Shown here: piece after piece, positions 1-10,979 of the stretch
Layout of the letters: every line of letters starts with the position of its first letter
Position numbering within the stretch: the stretch's first letter is position 1
Origin: Paraspadella gotoi
Lineage: Eukaryota; Animalia; Chaetognatha
Assembly (NCBI GenBank): GCA_051294375.1
Contig: CM119271.1
Coordinates: forward strand, 5,183,838 to 5,234,802
Direction of reading: 5' to 3'
DNA: 50,965 nt
Translations under genes and position numbers: made by a program
Notes under the pieces: model-generated
Seen by the model: the letters and a program-made list of their open reading frames with translations, nothing else
Told to the model about the DNA's origin: nothing
The model's database searches: none

Positions 1-404
1 TTGTTGCTGTTTTTCCGTGATGCATTTTAGATTGAAAAGTGTTACGCTCGTTTCAATTTTCGGATCTTGCGATGATAATTGAACAAAGACAAGAAACTCA
101 TTTCCTATTATTGACATTATCTTTCGTCTTTCTTTTCCTCTTTTTTTCGCTTCGTTTTTACTTTTCTTTTTTTTTTCCTTCACCAGGTTTTCTACTCACG
201 CGTCGACTCCTCATCGATGGCTTATCATCTCTCTCATCCCACTTCACTTTCCTCTTCTCGATCATCTGATTCTCTTTTTCTAATATTTTCCTTTCTTTGT
301 CTTTTACGTTCATTCTTCGGCTCTATTTTCCCCAAGACGCACCATTTCTGTTCCTTTATTAATGAACTTAATTTATTATCAAATCTATAACCATATGCTT
401 AACT

Positions 405-497
405 CTAATCCCTAATCCCTAACCCTTAACCCTATCCAACTCTTTAACCCTAACCCAAAATCCTAAAGCTTAGTATCCAACCTAATCCCTAACCTTT
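405..497. repeat. Degenerate (CCCTAA/CCCTAAT)n telomere-like interstitial repeat
   Basis: taatccctaatccctaacccttaaccctatcc...taaccctaaccc...ccctaatccctaacc; a similar tract lies at about 25075-25125. Confidence 0.5.
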
Positions 498-791
498 AAA
501 AATCAACTTAATTTTGAATTTAAAATGAAATGGGCTGCGTTGAGAAAATAAGGGTCATTTTTCTTCCTCCTCTTCTCTTCCTTCTTCCTCTCCTTGTCTT
601 TCTTCTCCTCCTCCTCCTCCTCCTCCTCCTCCTCTCTAGATCAAGCAAGTCTTATATCTCTTCTCTTCAACATTTTCTTTTCATCTCTTTCTTCTTCTCC
701 CCCTCCTCCTCTTCCCTCTCCTCCATTTCCTCGTCTACTCCTCCATACTCCACCTTCTTCCTCTTCTATTAACCACTTCCTCCTTATCCTC

Positions 792-943
792 CTGTGGATA
801 AGACGCTGAAGAGTGCAATCCTCAACTTCTTTAACCCCCTCTAGCAGCCAAGGAACGGGTCCCGGGCTTGGACCCAAGGCTTGGGGGTTTTCAAGGACCC
901 CAGGGCGGTTTACGGCCGTCCTCACGCTTCCCGCAGGGTAAGT
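792..943 (+). mobile_element. SINE-like dispersed repeat, copy 1 (truncated by N gap)
   Basis: Shares CTGTGGATAAG.CGCT, CCCCCTCTAG and GGCGGTTTACGGCCGTCCTCACGCT..CCGCAGGGTA.GT with the reverse complement of 20345-20473. GTGGATAAGACGCT and GGTCCCGGGCTTGGACCC resemble degenerate tRNA A-box and B-box regions (inference). Confidence 0.4.
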
Positions 944-2876
944 NNNNNNNNNNNNNNNNNNNNNNNNNNNNNNNNNNNNNNNNNNNNNNNNNNNNNNNNN
1001 NNNNNNNNNNNNNNNNNNNNNNNNNNNNNNNNNNNNNNNNNNNNNNNNNNNNNNNNNNNNNNNNNNNNNNNNNNNNNNNNNNNNNNNNNNNNNNNNNNNN
1101 NNNNNNNNNNNNNNNNNNNNNNNNNNNNNNNNNNNNNNNNNNNNNNNNNNNNNNNNNNNNNNNNNNNNNNNNNNNNNNNNNNNNNNNNNNNNNNNNNNNN
1201 NNNNNNNNNNNNNNNNNNNNNNNNNNNNNNNNNNNNNNNNNNNNNNNNNNNNNNNNNNNNNNNNNNNNNNNNNNNNNNNNNNNNNNNNNNNNNNNNNNNN
1301 NNNNNNNNNNNNNNNNNNNNNNNNNNNNNNNNNNNNNNNNNNNNNNNNNNNNNNNNNNNNNNNNNNNNNNNNNNNNNNNNNNNNNNNNNNNNNNNNNNNN
1401 NNNNNNNNNNNNNNNNNNNNNNNNNNNNNNNNNNNNNNNNNNNNNNNNNNNNNNNNNNNNNNNNNNNNNNNNNNNNNNNNNNNNNNNNNNNNNNNNNNNN
1501 NNNNNNNNNNNNNNNNNNNNNNNNNNNNNNNNNNNNNNNNNNNNNNNNNNNNNNNNNNNNNNNNNNNNNNNNNNNNNNNNNNNNNNNNNNNNNNNNNNNN
1601 NNNNNNNNNNNNNNNNNNNNNNNNNNNNNNNNNNNNNNNNNNNNNNNNNNNNNNNNNNNNNNNNNNNNNNNNNNNNNNNNNNNNNNNNNNNNNNNNNNNN
1701 NNNNNNNNNNNNNNNNNNNNNNNNNNNNNNNNNNNNNNNNNNNNNNNNNNNNNNNNNNNNNNNNNNNNNNNNNNNNNNNNNNNNNNNNNNNNNNNNNNNN
1801 NNNNNNNNNNNNNNNNAGAAGAGAAGAGAAGAGAAGAGAAGAGAAGAAAGTCTCCAAAAGTCAAAAGAGGTTTTCTTTTCTGATTCGATGTTTTTTGAAA
1901 GTTTTTTCTCCATTTTCTATCCGACCAAATTTTACGAAATTGGTACGACCAATATAAAAATTATCCATTCATTTAATAAAAAAAGCTAACTTGCCCCTGA
2001 CTTTGGACAGGCTTTGGAGGTTTAAGGCCTCCATCACACTTACAAGATAATGACCTAACAGGTCCCTGCAAGCTTTCAATCAAGACTCTCTCACGGTCTC
2101 GTTTATTCACTCCCAGAGCTTCCCGATCAATGAAGTGGCATTATGTACAATGTACATGATGATTTAATAACGAAAACTCTAAGTAAAATGCAGATGTAAA
2201 ATCGCAGATCAATTTCGAAGCGAATCTTGTCGAAGGGAGTGAAGAAAAAAAAATGAATGTAGGTGCGACTGAGTGTCAAGTGACAACATTATCATTGTAC
2301 GCTAATGTTAATGTTAATTATTTTTACAATAAATGCACAATATTAAGGCCACAGGAACTGTCTGAGTGGACATTTCGTAAAATGTTTCCTCTAATGTTTT
2401 TTTTTTTTGGATCAATTGAAAATATAACCTATAAATGGATTGAGCTACCGGTGATGCGTTTCGACATCTTAAACATTTCCTTAAAATGTATTTAAAATCG
2501 AGAGGTAAGTTCAAAATAAATGAATAAATGGATCAATAAAAGAACGATTTAGTAAATAAATAAAAAATGTATAATCAATCAATCAATCAATCAGATAATC
2601 ACTCAATCAACTAAACTAGGCAAATAAATCAAATGAATAAAGTGGTTCGATTTTAAATAAAATTCATCTCCCTCTCGTGAGGCATCCGTAGGAAAACATC
2701 ATTTCTCTCTCTCTCTCTCTCTCTCTTCATCTCTTCTTATCTCTTCTCTTCAGCTTGTCTCATCTTCTCTCCTCGCTCTGCTCCTCGGTCTCGTCCTCGT
2801 TCTCTGCTTGCTCTCCCTCCTCTCTCTCTCTGCTCCTAATCTCCGTCTAGTCTCGTACCATCTTCTCAGGCGCTCC

Positions 2877-3264
2877 TCTTTCTCCCTCAGATGGATCGAG
2901 TCTTCGGCATGCCGAAAGTTCAATCGAACAGGGGAAAGCCCACGATGTAGCATGTCGAGAGACCCACGTCGGCATGCAATTCTGGCCATCGCTCGTCGTC
3001 GGCTCGGTCGTCCGTCCGTCGGTCGTGTCCTCGTCGTCGTCGTCGGCGCGGAGGGCTTTTACCATTACCGTCATCATCCATTCAAATTAGAGCTGCAAAA
3101 GTATTGAGAGAGAGAGAGAGTGAGAGAGAGGAGAGAGAGAGAGGAGATGAGAGAGAGAGAGAGAAGAGAGATACTGAAAAAGAAAAAACCGAAAGAAGAT
3201 AGTTGAAGAGAGACTGAGGAAAAGAGGAGAGCAAAGGAGGTGAAAGTAAAATTATGGAAGAGAG

Positions 3265-3307
<43 letters not shown>

Positions 3308-3440
3308 GAGAGAGAGAGACGAGAGAGTAATGAGCTGAAAAAGATAGAAAAACCGAAAGAAGATAGTTGAAGAAGGAGCTGAGGAAAAGATTAGAGCAAA
3401 GCGAGGGTGAAAGTAAAAATTATGGAGGAGAGAGCGGACG

Positions 3441-3506
<66 letters not shown>

Positions 3507-3652
3507 AGGAGAGAGGGAGACTTGTCATCGTGCGGGCCGGAGGGGAAACGAAGGAATTCGGAAAAAAATCGATCAAGCCGAGAAACAACTTTGGCCTCAT
3601 TTACGTGAGAGAGAGAGAGAGAGAGAGAGAGAAGAGAGAGGAGAGAAGAGAG
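2877..3652 (+). repeat. GA-rich segment, direct-repeat copy 1 (with an internal ~180-bp duplication)
   Basis: ATGGATCG...CATTCAAAT...CTGAAAAGAA.AAACCGAAAGAAG (twice)...GCGGGCCGGAGGGGAAACGAA.GAATTCGGAAAAAA.TCGATCAAGCCG...CCTCATTTACGTG recurs in the same order at 7027-7930. Confidence 0.8.
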
Positions 3653-3880
3653 ANNNNNNNNNNNNNNNNNNNNNNNNNCTGTTACTACTCCTCCCCTTAA
3701 CCTACTTCAGCCGGCTCTCATCGACCAGTGCCCGCGGGCTTCCTCTCGGCTTCGGCTTCTGGTCGCACATGACCATTTGGTGAGTTTTCGAGGGTAAAGT
3801 GAGCCGAGTCGTAATGAACTCTAAGGGATTTACGATGGAATTTTTGACCAGATAAGCAAATAGGGGGAAGCAGGAAAAGA

Positions 3881-3940
<60 letters not shown>

Positions 3941-3979
3941 CTGAGGAGTGACGAGATAAAGAAGAAGAGAAAGCTTGTG

Positions 3980-5400
3980 AGGAGCACGAAGGGAAGAATT
4001 AACGTAGTATACGATGGCTAAGAGGAAGATGTTGAGAACCTGAGATCGAGAAGAGAGAGACCAACGGTCTTCATCAAAAAGCCATCAACGAAATGGTTCA
4101 TCGAGAGGGGTGGAAGAGGATCACAAGGGGGCAGGGCGGAGTGTTTAGTTTTACACGCTTTCGAGTACTAAAACAGAGGTTGGATGGGATGAGTTGAATT
4201 GAGGCGTCAGAAGGGTCGAGTTGATGATGGCACGAAGTAGTGATGATGTTAGAATATGAGATTTTGAGGTGGATCAACCGAATAGGGAAGGACTGGGGGA
4301 GGATTGAATCAATTTGCGTGGGTAGATCAAGTAAGGGCCGCTGATCTTGCCTCTTTTAATTCAGGTGATATAATCGCGAGAAGCATGAGAGAGAAGTAGC
4401 ACAGAGACAGATTAGAGAGGAAGGTCGGGCCTTATAGTAGCCAAAAGAGTCATGAAGAGGTTGTAGCATTTTCGTTTGGATTTTCTCGGATGTTTTAACT
4501 GCAGTTAACGTTCTCTGCGGGACCTTTAAGGAGATTTGAATTTGTTGCTATGGAGCCTTCTCACCATAGCATGGGTACTGACTTGTGTGGCTGAGGCCTA
4601 ACATGGAGGAGAATTCGTGCTGCCGTGTCCCGGGACACAAATGTTCTACATGGGAAGAAAGTTTTGGGTAACGCAGAAGCACGATTAATACATCTGATTA
4701 TACATCTACATCCGCAGAGATGTAAGGCATCCTGATTTCTCCTAATTCGACACGAAAAATAGATGGTTAATCCTTACAGATTGTAACACTATCACTCGGG
4801 ACCTATGATCCCGTTGAACGTTTTGGGACTAGGACCACTTGGGAGTGCGCTTCCGATTGTGGGGCCGTTTAGGCCTTCGGGCGATGCGAGAGACGCATGC
4901 GTCTCAAGACCGGTTAGGATCGCTTTGTACCTACTATTGACAGTGTTCCCTCGGTCTCGTTCGTGTCAGGCGGTCTCATATGAAGCTGATATTTCAAGCC
5001 GAGGATTCAAGATATGGCCTTCGTCGCTTCTACGAAAACCCGGTCAATTCTTGTTCTGGCTTGTCCTCATTTCTCAGCGATTTATTCCACTTTCGATTCA
5101 CTCCTCGCCAAGAGCTTCTATTCATGTGACAAAATATTTTACACCCGGTCAACTCCAGAACGAAGCTTTGATCCACCGATGTTCTGTAACTGTTGACGCG
5201 TGCAAGAAATATATTGGTTGATTAAGTAGAGTTATCTAGGTTGGTTAAGGATGGCAAGTTTAATACGGAGAAACCTGGATTTTAATACTACTTTATATGG
5301 AAAAGGGAAGTATTTATAAACTGTGCTCACTAACGTTGGTTTATAGGTAAAAGAAAATATCTACCGCGGACTTCACATTGTTCGGCGGGTAAGCCGGGAA
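3980..5400 (-). mobile_element. Possible degenerate LINE RT fragment
   Basis: Minus-strand peptide scraps in LINE-RT order: PGFSVLNLPSLTNL (~5270-5230; cf. QxGF...TNL), VL/SPKTFN (~4840-4815; cf. QGSVLSPxLFN), SYTTLILP (~4015-3990; cf. YxxLIxP). Requires multiple frameshifts and the spacing is inflated. Confidence 0.3.
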
Positions 5401-5594
5401 CTTGTGGCATCGAGGAAGAAGGGACGTGTTTGATACGTTATAAAGGGAAATACAGGAATGTTATTCAAAAACAAAAATCGATTGAGCTAGACATGTGTGA
5501 GGTTAGTGTTCGTATATTTTTAGTCTAGCGTTCCTTCTAGGGAGTGTTCATTATTTTGTGGTCGGTTCTTTGGAATACAAACTAGTTTTTAAGT

Positions 5595-6700
5595 TCATTT
5601 GTAAGTATTACAGGGAAACGGAATATTGTTACTCTTAAATGAGTTAATAGTGTAATTAGCTTTTTTACCCAATAAATTCACAATATGTAAGGCCAGGCAG
5701 GAACTGTTCTGAGGTGGACATTTTCCGGTAATATATATAGATTTCCTCCATAAATGAAAATGTGTGTCTAATAAATGTTTCATTTTATTTTTGGTTTCAA
5801 GGAGTTTTTTTATGGGACAAAATTTATTTGTAACCGTCTATAATTATAGGATTATTGTTATTGGTAGGCCTTTATTATTGTTTTGAAGTAAGAATTTAAG
5901 TTATTTTTTTTTAATTACCGGATTTCTTCGGTGACTCAGACTGGGTTCTAAATGGCCTCGGTATCAGTTTCTTAACATTTTCCTATAAGTGGAATGGGAT
6001 TATGGTTTACGTAATCGGGGTAAGAGTGGTTGAAGAAGCCGGTGTGCAATCCATACGGATAACAGTAGGCATTGGAGGTCGGATGTAGGGTTAATAGTTG
6101 GCTGAGACTTTGCTATGGCTTTGCAGGGAGTAAGATGTGGATGGATGGGCCGAGGGTGGTGCTTAGTCGGTATAAAGAATATCCGAAAGTGACTTTGTGT
6201 AGTTAAGATTTATGTTAGGTCGAAAGTGATAAAATGGAGGATGTGACCAGTTATAGTAGGCTAATTAAAAAGCAGGCGGAGAAGGATCTCAAATGCTGTG
6301 TGCACGCTTTCACGGAGTGCATAGGCGAGTGCGTGGAGTTGGAGATAGGCTATCTGACGATGAGGGGTGTGGGGTTTTAGGGTGTTCAAAGGCGTGGAGT
6401 CAAATGTGCGGGAAAGAGATCGGGCAATTGGAGCTCAACGGGCCACGCTAGATTAAAATTGCAAAATATGGATTGAAATAAAAAAGCATTTTTTGTGGAG
6501 AGGGACTGGTCATAATTACATCATTCTTATTTGAACATCAAATTAGGAGGGTGTAGAATGAGAGAATTCTACTTGGCCGTGTGAGGATAGGATCTTTTAG
6601 TGGTTCGTTTCGTGTTCGGGCCGGTTGTGGGTGGTGAGAGATTTACTGTGTGAGATGATCTTTTTCGCCAGAAGAGCGGCATCCCGTCAGGTAAACAGCA
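5595..6700 (-). mobile_element. Degenerate non-LTR retrotransposon (LINE) reverse transcriptase domain
   Basis: Minus-strand motifs in the correct order and approximate spacing: GMPLFWRK (~6685-6660), DPILTRPSRIL (~6590), DL/SRTFDST (~6420-6393; cf. DLSKAFDSV), YNW...R, STTLGPSIHIL (~6165-6130; cf. QGSxLGPxLF), then HIVNLLGKKA...YK (ORF 5595-5783). The YADD motif is not intact and there are many frameshifts. Confidence 0.55.
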
Positions 6701-7026
6701 GATATCTGTAACACCCATAGTATCTTCTGATCTGATCGTATTGTTCTTCTGGTTCTCTTCTATCTCTTTCTTCTTTCTCTTCCGCCTCTCTTCTGGCCTT
6801 GGCGTCTACTACGTTCTCCGTTCTCTTTTCTTTCTTTCTTCTCGTTTCTTTCTTTCTTTTTCCTAGGTGAGCATTTGACGGTTGAGATTACAAATCCTAT
6901 TTTTACCTATATTGTCCTCTCTCCCACTGACGTACTGGCGTAGGACCGCGAAAAGAGAGCGGCGCGCTCCATCGTCTCTGATCTCTCTCTTCTCCACTCT
7001 CTCTTCTTTCTCTCTCTCTACTCTCT

Positions 7027-7538
7027 CTCCTCTTCCTCAAATGGATCGGAGGTTTGCCGGCGGCCGGAAGAATAATCAGGTCAAAGGGAGCGCCCACAGA
7101 CCAATGAAGTCGGAAAACCCAAGGTCGGGCATATCGAAATACTCTTCGGCCAGCTGTTCGCTTTCGTCGGTCGTCGGTCGTCTGTCGTCATTATGTTCGT
7201 TTCGGAGGTACGGCCTGAGGAGGGTGGTTTTGAATGCATTTGAAGCCCAGTCTTAACGTCCCCTGTCAATCATCATTCAAATATGTATAGGCCCGGAAGC
7301 TGTCAACAAAGGGTAGGAGTGACGAGAGGATGGAGAAGGAGGAGGTAAGGAGAGGGAAGAGAGGTGGAGTGGAGGAGGAAGGGAGGGAGGGAGGGAGAGA
7401 GAGAGAGATAGAGAGAGAGAACGCTTACTGAAAAGAAGAAAACCGAAAGAAGTTAGTTGAAGAGGAGACTTGAGGGAAAAGAGGAGAAGCAAAGGAGGTG
7501 AAAGTAAAATTATGGAAGAGAGAGAGACGAGAGAAGAG

Positions 7539-7586
<48 letters not shown>

Positions 7587-7707
7587 AGAGAAGAGAATAC
7601 TAGAAAAAAAGATGAAAAACCGAAAGAAGATTAGTGATAGAAGAGAGCTGAGGAAAAGATTAGAGCAAGGAGGTGGAAAGTAAAAATTATGGAGAGAGAG
7701 AGCGAGA

Positions 7708-7765
<58 letters not shown>

Positions 7766-7930
7766 GAGGAGAGAGAGAGAGAGAGAGAGAGCTTGCAGCT
7801 GTCCTTGCGGGCCGGAGGGGAAACGAAAGAATTCGGAAAAAATCGATCAAGCCGAAAACAACTTGTGCCTCATTTACGTGAGAGAGAGAGAGAGAGAGAG
7901 AGAAGAAGAGAGAGAGAGAGAGAGAGAAGA
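7027..7930 (+). repeat. GA-rich segment, direct-repeat copy 2
   Basis: Collinear match to 2877-3652, including the internal duplication. Confidence 0.8.
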
Positions 7931-9499
7931 GGAGAGAGAGACATGAGAGACAGAGAGAGAGAGACAGAGAAGAGAAAGAGAGAGACAGAGAAGAGAAAGA
8001 GAGAGAGAGAGATACCGAGAAGTTGGGATTTCCTTAAGAGAAGAGGCTTCATTAGTAATTCTGGCTCATTATGTCGGCGAAGTTTAGCTTTGACCCGAGA
8101 AAAAATTAGATCGAGAGATTGACAGAGATAGCGTGAGATAGAAATAGAGATGAAGTACTTTAGTTTTTAGAGAGAACAGAGAAAAAAACACAGAACTTTT
8201 GTAGAAAATGCCATAGATGGCGGGAGATTAATATAAATAGTTAAAGAATTTCAAAAAAGTAAGAGAAATAGCGAGAGATAAATGGTTTTTTTTTCTGTCA
8301 CCGATTTTCTATCATTTGCGCTTCATTCAACCATCTGCGTCTTTCCGATGAAATTCAACTGAAAACACGATAATGTTATCGACTCGCTCTCCGACTCCAC
8401 GCTCTATGAGTAACCACGTCTCCGGGCTAAGGCTTCTGCAGCGACACTTAGCGACCAACTCTTGCCGCCTTTTTTTTTAAACCATTTTTGCCATTTTTTG
8501 CTGCAGTTTTCATTCCATTCTACGACTTGTACCCTGGCCCCTACTTTCACACCGACTTTCGTCGATAAATGCCGATTCTCCCCTTCTGCCCCAACTCTTT
8601 CCTTTCGCTCTATCAACGGAACTAAACGAAAAATTGAGAGAATAAAATTTGGGCCAAAAATTAGGATAATAAAAATTATGAAATGTAAACGAACGTAATC
8701 GGCCGTCGAGGACCGATATCGCAAAACAATTCTGCGTTGTTGTTTTGTTTTGTTTTTTTTTCCTTTAAAAAAAAAACAAAAAAAAAACAACCTTTTTTTG
8801 ACTTTCGAGTTTAGTTTTCGCCGTCTGTTTTGAGTTAGTTGCGTTTGTTGACGGAAGAAAAGAAAAAAAAATCTGACCTTTGTGAATTTAATTGGAAAGG
8901 AATGCTGCCGTTGTTTTGTTTTGGTAAGGAAACGTAAGGTAAGGTCAAAAAAACAAGAAAAAGACCGAAACGGAGAAGGAGAAAAAACAGAGAGAGGAAT
9001 AGAAAGTGGAGATGGAGAGCAAGGTGGCGGGACGGAGGGGGAAAGGGCGGGAACGAGGGGACGGGGAAGGGATTTAAAGGGGAAAGGGAGAGGAGCGAGG
9101 GGGATGAAAGGGGGCATAGAGGGGATTTTGTAAGCCGTGTCATGTTGAACGGGGTATGTATGAAGAGATTGACGGCTATCTTGGGGCCGCCGTGACTCGT
9201 GTTGGACAATGGAGGGGACGAAGCCTAGTGTTAGTAAATAAGCGCATGTTTGGGTTAAATTATAAGGATGGGCTAAATAAGAGGTCAAAAGGGGGCCGGG
9301 GGAACGGGGGGACCAAAGGAGCAAGATTTATTTTATAAGAAGGGGAAAAAGGAGCAAGAGCCCTAGGTGGGAGACGGGGGTGAAGAGCTGGTGTAGGCAG
9401 GTGCAACGAATGGGGAAAGGGGTGGATTTCTCCGGAGAGTTCTGGCGGTAGGAAGGGGCCCAGGGGCGGGGCGAGGGGATCGCGGGAGGAAGGGCGCAT

Positions 9500-10780
9500 A
9501 CAGAAAAATGAGATTGGGGTGGGGAGGTTGAAAACCCATACGAGCTAAAGAAGCGTGGCATTTAAGGGGTCTTACATATAAGCCGAGGATACCATCGTGT
9601 AGCAAGATAAGGTCCAAAGGACAGGGATCATGCAGGGTATGCCGCCGGGGTAAAGGGGAATTATATACTAGGGGACCCGGGGTGGTATTAGAGTGAGCAG
9701 TGAAGGAGGTTGCAAGTGGAACGAACAGATTTATCCAGTCTGGGAAAAGGAGAAAAAAGAACAATGTTAGTTTCTGCATTTGGTGAGGGCGAAACAAGTA
9801 TCAGAAAAAAGGGCTGTCAATGGGACAAATAAAAATCTGTTTAATAAAGTGAAAAAAAATACAAATTTCCATTCCGGTTAATTGAACCAAAACCTTTTCC
9901 ATTTGGAATTGATAAAAAGTTACTGACAGACTTTAAAATTTCAAATAGAACGGAAGAATAATAGTGAGACACGCATTAGTTACGGAAAGAACGTACTTAA
10001 GAACAACTGATGCTTTGGAGGATTTTTTAGACAAACAGAAAAAATTTATATTCTCTCACTGCAATAATAACTACGGACGTTTAGTTATTTTCAACATACA
10101 TTGGGTACGCTGTTTTTCAAATTAATGGTTTGTTTTAGCATTTTTGGTGTATTTACTATTAATAAAGGAAGAGCAAAGGGAGTGTTTCATTTTTATTGTA
10201 TCAAAAAAGCACGCCTAAAGGTAAGAATTAGTCAGAAAAAAAAAGACACCATTGTTTAAGTTAAGAATGGTAGGATGAGGGCCTGTTTCTAGCGTTCTCG
10301 GATTGGAGTGGCAACGATTGGAGGGATAGTGTTTGAATAGAATTAGAAAATAAGTTGTGTACAAATGAAATAGGTAAGGAAAGATAGCCCTATTAAATGG
10401 TGCTACGGAGAGTGATCAATGGCGTTCTCGCCTGAAAAGTAATATGTGGTGAATAAATATTAAGGAGTCATTTCTGAGGTAGGGAGATGAGAATTTGTGT
10501 CGTGGGTTAAGGGTGTCAAACGTAATTTGTATTGTGGCCTCTGGGAAGAAATCTCGTAAAAATCTTCCCCGGAGGAAGTACCCAAATGAAATTCGGAACT
10601 TGTGGTTAGAAAAGGACAAAGCCGGAAAAATGTTAAAGAAACGAAATTTGCTTCCTTGTGTGCTGAGGCAGGTGTTTCGTTCTGCTGTACGACGGTCCTT
10701 CGTTATAAACTTATTGTTAAATAAATTAATTATCACCCATTCTCTCCTATTTGTAATGGTCGTAAGTCAAGTTTCTTAAT
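9500..10780 (-). mobile_element. Possible degenerate LINE RT fragment
   Basis: Minus strand: DLRPLQIGE (~10770-10740), SGFV (~10620), TFDTLN (in ORF 10416-10736; cf. AFDxV/L), GP (~10280), LKYV (~10000). The order is RT-like, and the strand composition bias resembles 5.6-6.7 kb. Confidence 0.35.
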
Positions 10781-10979
10781 AATTTTTAGGTTTAAATTAG
10801 ATGAAGTATATTACACTGTTATAATTATTTTCTTTTTTTAAAAGATTCTCAAGTTTTTTTAACTGAGAAGATGAGACTTGGCAGTGAACGCTGATCCCTC
10901 AAGACACACGGAGTTGTTATCTTAGACATAAGCACACTATATCAAATTAATCCTAATCGAATACACTTAAAGGGATATC

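Noticed and set aside
405-497. True telomere
   Set aside because: Short, degenerate and internal, with a similar tract at ~25.1 kb.
905-930. 5S rRNA-like 5' sequence (GTTTACGGCC...CACGCT)
   Set aside because: Similarity stops after ~20 nt, and no 5S internal control region follows.
641-1989. Long ORFs spanning N runs (also at 19.2-20.2, 26.8-27.3, 33.9-34.8, 38-39, 47.7-48.6, 49 and 50.3 kb)
   Set aside because: They are open only because N codons are not stops.
3367-8122. RE/SL-repeat proteins (also at 22-23.5, 31, 33.4, 37.8 and 46.2 kb)
   Set aside because: These are translations of (GA)n/(TC)n microsatellites.
8404-9324. 306-aa minus-strand ORF
   Set aside because: Compositionally biased (Pro/Ser/Phe/Lys runs from homopolymer tracts), with a non-ATG start and no domain motif.
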